NCBI GenBank assembly: GCA_951406725.2
Contig: OX597832.1
Location: 30,752,001 to 30,816,000, forward strand
Reading direction: 5' to 3'
Source: Octopus vulgaris
Lineage: Eukaryota
DNA length: 64,000 nucleotides
This document shows positions 56,001 through 64,000 of this stretch, in pieces. Made by a program: the position numbers and the translations under genes. Position 1 is the stretch's first letter. Every line of letters begins with the position of its first letter. The notes beneath the pieces were generated by a model. The model was given only the letters and a program-made list of their open reading frames with translations, made no database searches and was not told the DNA's origin.

Positions 56001-56626
56001 TTTAGGTTCATGATGCAGGCCATCTGTTCACGGCCTGGTTTTATGAATGTGTTCATATTATTTTACAGAAGCCAGGTCACCCTTTCACCACATACTTCAA
56101 CACAACAGACCACTCCATTTGTATGTATGTATGTATGTATGTATTATATCGAGAGAACAGGAAATAATTCTTTTTTGGAACAGTGGATCTCAAAGCACAT
56201 AAAGCTGTAAATTGTAGCATGTAAGTATTTCTGTAGGAAATGTTGAAGGCTGCGCAGGGGATACGAACCCACATCTCATGTAGACATAGCAGGCACTCTA
56301 CCACTGGACCAAAGCAGTCTTTTGAATTTCTCTATGTTTTAGAAGTTTTATTCCTAGAGAATTTTACGAGAATTATATGATGTTGGTGAATTTATACACA
56401 CATACACACACACACACACATACACACACATGCACACACACACGCATCTATTACACATAAACACACTCAAAAGTTTATTATTTTCTTTTTACATTACTCA
56501 ACTCGTTTCCTTATTCTCCTCTCTCTCCATTTCATTTCAGACACCTACTTTAGACTGTCCTATTAGTCACACAGCTGTCCATATATTTCTCTGATCTTTT
56601 TGTTTTTCTCTCTAATTATAGAAATG

Positions 56627-56662
<36 letters not shown>

Positions 56663-56904
56663 AGTCTCTGCTAAGGTGTTAAGGTCACTGCAGAGGTGGT
56701 GGTGTGGGGGAAGGGGTGGTTGCTATGAAGTAATGTTTGAGTGGCAGTTTCATGAATGTGGTTTTAACTGATGAAGTGAGTGTCTTGTTCTTGACTAAAT
56801 ATTTATATATTGCAGGACAAACACATTTAATGTGGCTAACATGGCAACAGGAATTAATCAGAAACTACACCATGTAGAGCAAATGGCGAATGTGGTGGAA
56901 CAAT
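52749..56904 (+). CDS. Putative uncharacterised spliced protein; exons 52749-52770, 56069-56120, 56816-56904; 3' end unresolved
   Basis: AAACA-ATG-G start; GTGAGC, GTATGT and GTAAGG donors; TTTTACAG and TTGCAG acceptors; phases 1/2 compatible; joined peptide MGETIDKEARSPFHHILQHNRPLHLTNTFNVANMATGINQKLHHVEQMANVVEQ. Confidence 0.55.
55532..55860 (-). mobile_element. Bipartite RTE-derived short element
   Basis: 3' end GTTGATGGCTTATGTGCCACAAGGAGCAAAGGGCTTAAGT is typical of RTE/BovB ends and is fused to a 5' UTR-like segment. Confidence 0.5.
56248..56319 (-). pseudogene. tRNA-like pseudogene / SINE head
   Basis: TGGTCCAGTGGTAGAG A box, GGGTTCGTATCCC B box, partial acceptor stem, no proper anticodon arm; body 56140-56230 is shared with 53610-53700. 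Confidence 0.5.
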
Positions 56905-56941
56905 GTAAGGAGTTGAAGAAATTCAGTCCTTCTGAAATAGC

Positions 56942-56972
<31 letters not shown>

Positions 56973-57506
56973 TTAAGGTCCACTTTCCATGCTGGCATGG
57001 GTTGGACAGTCTGACTGGGGTCTGGGAAGCCAGGAGGGTGCACCAGGCTCCAGTCTGATCTGGCAGTGTTTCTACAGCTGGATGCCCTTCCTAACGCCAA
57101 CCACTCCGTGAGTGTAGTGGGTGCTTTTTACGTACCACCGGCATAGGGGCCAGAGGAGGCTGGCAATGGCCACGATTGGTTGGTGCTTTTTACTTGCCAC
57201 CGGCACAGGTATCACAACTACAATTTCCATTTGATTTTTTTGATGGTGATGTACTTGACTCAATAGGTCTCCTCAAGCACAGCAGGTCACCCTACGATCC
57301 AAGGTAAGCACAGCAGGCCATCCTGCGATCCAAGGTACTTTGGATGGGCTGGGGCTTCTATATGAAGCTGGTTCAGGAAACAGCAATGAACTCACGTTAT
57401 TTGTTGGGTCTTTGCAGTCACAGCATATCTCCAGAGGTCTTGGTCTTTCGTCATTGCCTCTGTGAGGCCCAACGTTCGAAGGTCATGCTTGACCACCTCA
57501 TCCCAT
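56942..57506 (-). mobile_element. 5'-truncated RTE LINE (ORF end + 3' UTR + (GAT)n tail)
   Basis: WDEVVKHDLRTLGLTEAMTKDQDLWRYAV matches the RTE C-terminal WxxxVxxDLxxLGL...DRxxWR motif; this links the tail family to RTE. Confidence 0.85.
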
Positions 57507-60500
57507 GAGTCACTGAGATTATCAAAGTAGTTAGTAAAATAAATCTCCATGAGGAGTATTTAAAATTAAAAACAAAAAACATATATATATATATATAATA
57601 CAAGGGAGATAATTGTAACAAGGTCAGTTGATTGAAATTTTGGGATAATATAAATAAAGCAGTTTGGAGTTGATCTAGTTTATAAAACCAACTGATGAAA
57701 GGAAAGGATGCATTTTGGTATTATTAAACCTCTTCAGTGAAATGTATTCAACAACAGTCCTGGGCCAACCAAAACACTTTGCGTGGATTTGGTAAGCAGA
57801 AGAGAAAGAAACCTGTCGCATACAAATATGGTTTAGTTTGAATTGGACTCCCTAGAATTAAAACACATCAACACATAGAATGTCAGAAATGGCTAGGTAT
57901 GATAACATGGAGCTCACAGGGAAGTACATAACATTGAAGCCATCAGGTATTAGTAGGGGCACTCTAAGGGGCGAAATCCAATGGTAAGTGTTGATCTTGG
58001 TATCACCAAATATTCTTTTATTTGTTTCAGTCATTTGACTGCGGCCATGCTGGAGCACCGCCTTTAGTCGAATAAATCGACCCCAGGACTTATTCTTTGT
58101 AAGCCTAGTACTTATTCTATCATCGGTCTCTTTTGCTGAACCACTAAGTTACGGGGATGTAAACACACTAGCATCGGTTGTCAAATGATGGTGAGGGGAT
58201 CAAACATACACACACATATATGATGGGCTTCTTTCAGTTTCCATCTACCAAATCCACTCACAAGGCTTTGGTCGGTCTGAGGCTATAGTAGAAGACACTT
58301 GCCCAAGGTGCCACACAGTGGGACTGAACCCAGAACCATGCGGCTAGTAAGCAAGCTACTTACCACACAGCCACTCCTGTACCTATGTACATGCCATAGA
58401 TTAAAAAGTTTTTAAATGTCCTTGATTGTAAAATTTGTATTTGCATCTGATGGAAACAGTTTTTTATAATGTACTCATTAATCAATTAAAAAATTTGTTA
58501 GAAACGACTGTAATGAATTGACACCTATCCATCATTTGTTACTTATTTAGAATTCACCTCTCTTGGAACCTTCCCCTCGCATGTCCTGAAGTGTATTATG
58601 GACCATCTATTTAATAAAATGTGTGTTTTTGAACAGCTCGAGGGCTGATGATATGCTCATTATCATCATCGTCGTTTAACGTCCGTTTTCCATATTGGCA
58701 TGGGTTGGACGGTTTGACTGGGGACTGGCAAACCAGGAGGCTGCACCAGGCTCCAATTTGATCTGGCAAGGTTTCTACAGCTGGATGCCCTTCCTAACGT
58801 CAACCACTCCGAGAGTGTAGTGGGTGCTTTTTATGTGCCACCAGCATGGGAGCCAGTCAGGTGGCATTGACATCGGCCGCATTCGAATAATAATAATAAT
58901 GTTGAAAGGAAAAATACTTCAGGGCAGCTTTAGGCATACTAAATACAGACACGGTAGGGGCTCACAACTATAATACAGTGAGCTGAAAAACTACGATGAA
59001 CTGAGATTATTATCCTAGCCTTTAGCAGACTTTTTAGTCTAAAATGGAAAACAGGCAAGGGAGGTAACTTCAATAATTTGATAATTTTTGAATATTCGTG
59101 ATATTGCAGGTTGGAGAAGTAGTTCACTGCTTTGGTATGGACTTAATTTTTGCTAGCATAATCTCATTTTTTGTGGAGTTCCACCTTTAGGAAGGGTGCA
59201 TATGTGAGAGAGAGAATGGTAGGATGTCTGTATGTATATGTGTCTGTTGAGGTGTTAAAAACAAAGAATCATAGGTTCATCCTGAGCGCAAGGCCAGTTT
59301 CCAAGATTCTGTGACGTATATACTCCCCCCACTGGATGGGACGCCAGCCCCTTGCAAAATTACTCATTTTTCCCAGTTGAGTGGATGAACAGCATAAAAT
59401 AGATGTTTTCCTCTAGAACACAACACATCCCCTAGTCCAGGAATCAAAACCACAATCTTAGGATCACAAGGACAAGGGATGCTAATTGTTGGGAGATAAT
59501 AATAGTGTGAAGGTAGTGTACCCCAGTGAATCACTTCTCCTATTGTCAGACTCCCACAGTTGGGTGGAAATTTGGAGCTCTGCTATTCCATGCTTGTTGG
59601 CACAGGTAACCAATTGATCAAATCAGCCCCAGTATTTAACTGGTACTCTATTTTGATGACACTAAAAGAATGAAAGGCAAAGTTGAACTTGGCAGGATTT
59701 TAATTCAGAACATAATGAAATAGAATGAGTGCATTGCTTCTACTGTGAAATTAGGCAGAAGGCCACAAGTTTAGGGGGATGGGGGTTACTTGATGAACCC
59801 CATGCCGGTGGCACGTTGGGCCTCACAGAGGCAATCACGAAAGACCGAGATCTGAGATATGCTGTGACTGTGAAGACCCGACAAATGAAGTGAGCTCATG
59901 GCTCACAGAACGGCCCGCTGTGCTAACCTTGGATTGTAGGGTGACCCGCTGTGCTTGGGGAGACCTATTGAGTCAAGTATATCAACATCAAAAAAAATCA
60001 AGTAGAAATTGTAGTTGTGATACCCGTGCCGGTGACACGTAAAAAGCACCATCCGAACGTGGCTGATGCCAGCGCCACCTTGACTGGCTTCTGTGCCAGT
60101 GGCATGTAAAAAGCACCAACCGATCGTGGCTGCTCCCAGCCTCCCTGGCACCTGTGCCGGTGACTCATAAAAAGCACCCACTACACTCACGGAGTGGTTG
60201 GCGTTAGGAAGGGCATCCAGCTGTAGAAACACTGCCAGATCTGACTGGAGCCTGGCACAGCCTCCTGGCTTCCCAGACCCCGGTCAAACCGTCCAACCCA
60301 TGCTAGCATGGAAAACGGATGTTAAATGATGATGATGATGTTGATGATGATTGATCCCAATATTGGTATTTGCTTTATCAACTTTGGAAGGATAAAAGTT
60401 TACCTCAGTGGGATTTGAACTCTGGATATAAGAGTTTGAGCAAATATTGGTGACAAATTTTGGCACATGGTCAGCAATTTTAGGAAGCTGTTATTGACCC

Positions 60501-60612
60501 TTGTAGGATGAAAGACAAAGTTGAACTTAGGACATAGTGATGAATGAAATGCCATGAAGCATGCTAACGATTCCGGCAGTTTGCTGTCTTAATATAATAA
60601 TAATAATAATAA

Positions 60613-60897
60613 TAACAAGAGTACTCAGAGAGTGCAAACCTCTGCCAAGGCAACACCAACATCCTCCCAACGATTAGCTGGAGATAATTTTTAAAATAAG
60701 AATATCTGAAATAAACTTGAGTGCTCTTACAAATGGGAATACTAAAAATGAACGTGACTGTTCTCAAAAGTTAAGTAAAAAAAAACAGGAAAAATAATCC
60801 AGAATCCTTGTTTGAGACTGGATTGAGCCCAAAATCTAATCAGTTCATGCCAGTCACAAGGCCAAACATCCCTGAAAGTTTCATCTGAATCCATCTA
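60613..60897. mobile_element. Helentron/HINE-like fragment
   Basis: TAACAAGAGTACTCAGAGAGTGCAAACCTCTGCCAAGGC...AAAGTTTCATCTGAATCC resembles mollusc HINE-type repeats; recognition by eye. Confidence 0.4.
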
Positions 60898-61276
60898 ACG
60901 GATGAAAAGAATGAAAGGTAATGTAAACCCTACCAGAATTTGAACACGAGAACATAAAGACGGATGAAATACCCCTAAACATGCTAACAATTCTACCAGC
61001 TCACCACCTTGAACCAGAGCAAATATTGCCAGGTATTTTGTCTGATACCTTAATGATTCTGCCAGTGCACCACCACCACCACCTTTGCTCTGTGTTACTG
61101 GATAATTAGAAATAATCAATTGACTGTGAGTTGTCAGCAAAACAAACTGAAGATAATGATAGGTAACTTAATGTGTTTATATTTGATCACTGGTCATTAA
61201 AGTGTCTTCTCTTTAAATGGACAGCTATGTTGGAATTAATTACTATTTAATCTTGAAGAATCTATGGCTTGTGTAA

Positions 61277-61358
<82 letters not shown>

Positions 61359-61563
61359 AATAATAATAATAATATTAGGGAATGTAACTCCAAACTTACA
61401 GGGAAAAATTCAATTTAGTATTAAATCAATTTATTTTATTTTATTTTATTTATTTTATTTTTAATTTTATTTTTTCTTTAGATTTGGTTTATGTCTATCA
61501 TTGTTTGAATTACATAATAGTGTTTTTTCTCTAATTTATATATATTATATATATATATATTTT

Positions 61564-61720
61564 AAATGGGGAAGGCCAGTTTATGGGATTACTCTGGGTT
61601 TCCCGTCCATAAAGAGCTTAGCTTTATGGCGTTTCGCCAGACCCTAAAACCCGTTGGCCTAAGACCTCTTTAAAATATGGAGGGAGAAAGGCCTTTCCCA
61701 TAAACTGGCCTTCCCCATTT
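61564..61720. repeat. Perfect 25-bp inverted repeat enclosing about 107 bp
   Basis: AAATGGGGAAGGCCAGTTTATGGGA / TCCCATAAACTGGCCTTCCCCATTT. Confidence 0.9.
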
Positions 61721-64000
61721 TTAAAATATACACTGCTCTACATCTTAGAGTGTGCTTCTTCTCCAGATTAATATTTTCTACAACCAATATATATATGTGT
61801 ATATATATATATATTATCCGAAGTTTACATTATTATATATGCATCACAGCTGCTCTTACCAATCAGTGAGATCAGCCGTGGTGGATGTATATTAACTGTA
61901 CACTTTGGATTATAAATCCACTCTGTTGACAGAACATGGCAGATGAGCTGGAATATAAATATAAATATTTGAAAAAACCCACCAGATATTTCATTGAAAT
62001 CACAAGAACTGGTGAAGTATTATGACCAGAGAGGTTTGCTAGATTGTATAGGAAGAGCAAATGACAAAAAAATTGGTGGGGGTTGGGGAACCAGTGTGTG
62101 TGTGTGGCATGAGAAGCAAAGGAAAGCTATTGTAGGGTATGTTGTTGAAAATTAAGCCAGCTAAGCTGTGATTTCTCCTGAGAGTAGCATGCAATGTGCT
62201 TTCATCATTAACCAATCATAAATGACAGGTCTGTGTCAACACAGTTGTCAGTGGTGTCAAGGCTGGAACAGAGCAAGTTATGACAGCACTTGGTCGGTTT
62301 CCAGAGAAAAAGTAATGCAAGAGGGAAGTGAAGACCCAGAGTTCAAAACAAGTGACTTCTAGAAGGTGCAGGTAGAATCAGAATAAAGTATTTGGCATTT
62401 CCAAGCCATATTACAAGAATATATCAACGGTCCACTTGATGCCATGGGTTTGGCTGACACAAAACAACATGCCTTGATTCTCTGGTTAATGGTTACCTTG
62501 GAAAGGCAATATGGAGTGAAAAGAAGTTCTGAGAACATTCGTTTCTCCACTTTTTTTTGCTTTTTTTAAAATATATATTTTGGCAAAGGACCACGGCTAG
62601 AAACGTTGACATTCTTGCTTCTTCATTACAATAAAATTACTTTGTTCTTAACCTTTTTACCTTCCCAACTTTCCACTCTCTTTCTCCCTCTATATCTCTG
62701 TAACAATAATTGTCACTTTACCCACTTTTTCCTTAATTGCAGTCTCTTTTCTTTCCCACTTTTCTGCTCTGACACTCTCTCCCTATCTCTCTTTCTCACT
62801 GCACTATTGTTTTGTTTTGTTGCATAAAATACGAGGCACTCAAAGTTGCATATAAAAGCATGAGGATGGCAGTGAACAATACGTTAAGCGGAAATGGGAT
62901 GTGGGTTCGTTTTTAAACCCACGATGTCCCCCCCACCCCCGGTGGGCATTAGACTACAAAGAAATAGTAGCACAGAGAGCAGAAAATTGCGAGAAAAGCA
63001 TCAAAAGCTGATAGAGACAAATGAATCTTTAGCATGTTGTAAAACAAAATAATTGTCAGAGGAGGGATTGTAGCAACTCCTGGTTTAGCAGATTTTACCG
63101 GAAAGGGAAAGGTGTGTTACGATGTGGTCCAAAAAAGTTAGGACACTCCCTTTAGTAAGCAATCATACTACTCGGTACCGTTGGAAATCATTTTTGATTC
63201 CTAAGTCGACGGCCGGCGAAGGAGAAGCCGCTCACAGGAAATAACGATGTGTTCATACTAACACTAAAGTAAGTTTTTTTACACACAAACACTAACACAG
63301 GACGAAACCTTATCGCTTTCGTTACAAGGATGCGATGCAGACTCCACCACCACCACCACGACTACTCTACTCTCGTTTCTTTCTTCTACCTCATTCTAAA
63401 CCTTTTATTTATCAACTAACATCACTTATCAACACACCATTATTTCCCTTCCCTCACACAGTCCATGTACAAACATGAAGAACAAGCAAGAACCGGCAGA
63501 GCACACAAGACGCATGGCCATTACCTCGCACGGCTGTATAGAGTGACGTCACAAAACTCTTCCTATTCCCCCGAGTGTTACCCCACTTTCCCCCTCCTTC
63601 TTTAAGTCTAGCTCTCACTTTTACCCCCTACACACACTAACTTTATACTCTCTTTCTCTCCCACTCAAGCTTTGTAGTAATACCGGTCACTTTTCCTCCC
63701 ACTTCAACTCTCAATCTATCATACCCTCTCTTTTTCCATTACCCGGCTCTCCCCCTCTCTCTTTCAATGTCTCTCTATCACACACACACCATTCATTCTC
63801 TCTAATAATATCTTTCTTTATCTCTCACTTCCGGCCCCTCCGCCACTCTCACTCACACTCTCTTTTCCCCTTCTTCTCCCTCGTAATACACACCTTGGCC
63901 AAAAATATATGTCTATCACATAATCTCACTTCCGCTCTTACTTCCACTCTCACTCTCACACTCCCCTTCTTCCACATAAATACATTCTTTATTTCCTCCC

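Noticed and set aside
56248-56319. Functional tRNA gene
   Set aside because: D and anticodon arms do not fold; treated as a pseudogene or SINE head
57687-57719. ACCAA-CUGAUGA-AAG-GAAA...UUGGU
   Set aside because: No stem II and a poor stem III; too weak to call
62359-62600. Short ORFs near the window end
   Set aside because: No recognisable motifs or consistent splice phases

Overview
AT-rich eukaryotic DNA dense in microsatellites and repeats. The SINE/LINE families look like those of octopus (cephalopod mollusc); this assignment is by recognition, not a database search. Genes: (1) a complete 17-exon ELP3 gene (Elongator radical-SAM/KAT subunit, 550 aa) on the minus strand, 19872->1675; (2) a divergently oriented BLCAP/BC10 CDS in a single exon, 22965-23216 (+); (3) an intronless profilin-like ORF, 45742-46131 (+); (4) a likely short spliced gene, mostly missed by the ORF track, with phase-compatible exons at 52749-52770, 56069-56120 and 56816-56904. 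The rest is transposon-derived: two inverted mariner copies, RTE LINE fragments and 3' tails, three tRNA-derived SINE families, non-autonomous Helitrons, and piggyBac- and Merlin-like MITEs. The most unusual signal is a set of about 8-9 minimal type I hammerhead ribozyme motifs from several unrelated short, ORF-less repeat families (Penelope/retrozyme-like), many of them next to (TA)n tracts and long fold-back hairpins. One is intact and lies in sense orientation inside an ELP3 intron. One family carries a swapped G3-C8 core pair (GUGANCA instead of CUGANGA). All folds were read by eye and need computational and biochemical confirmation.
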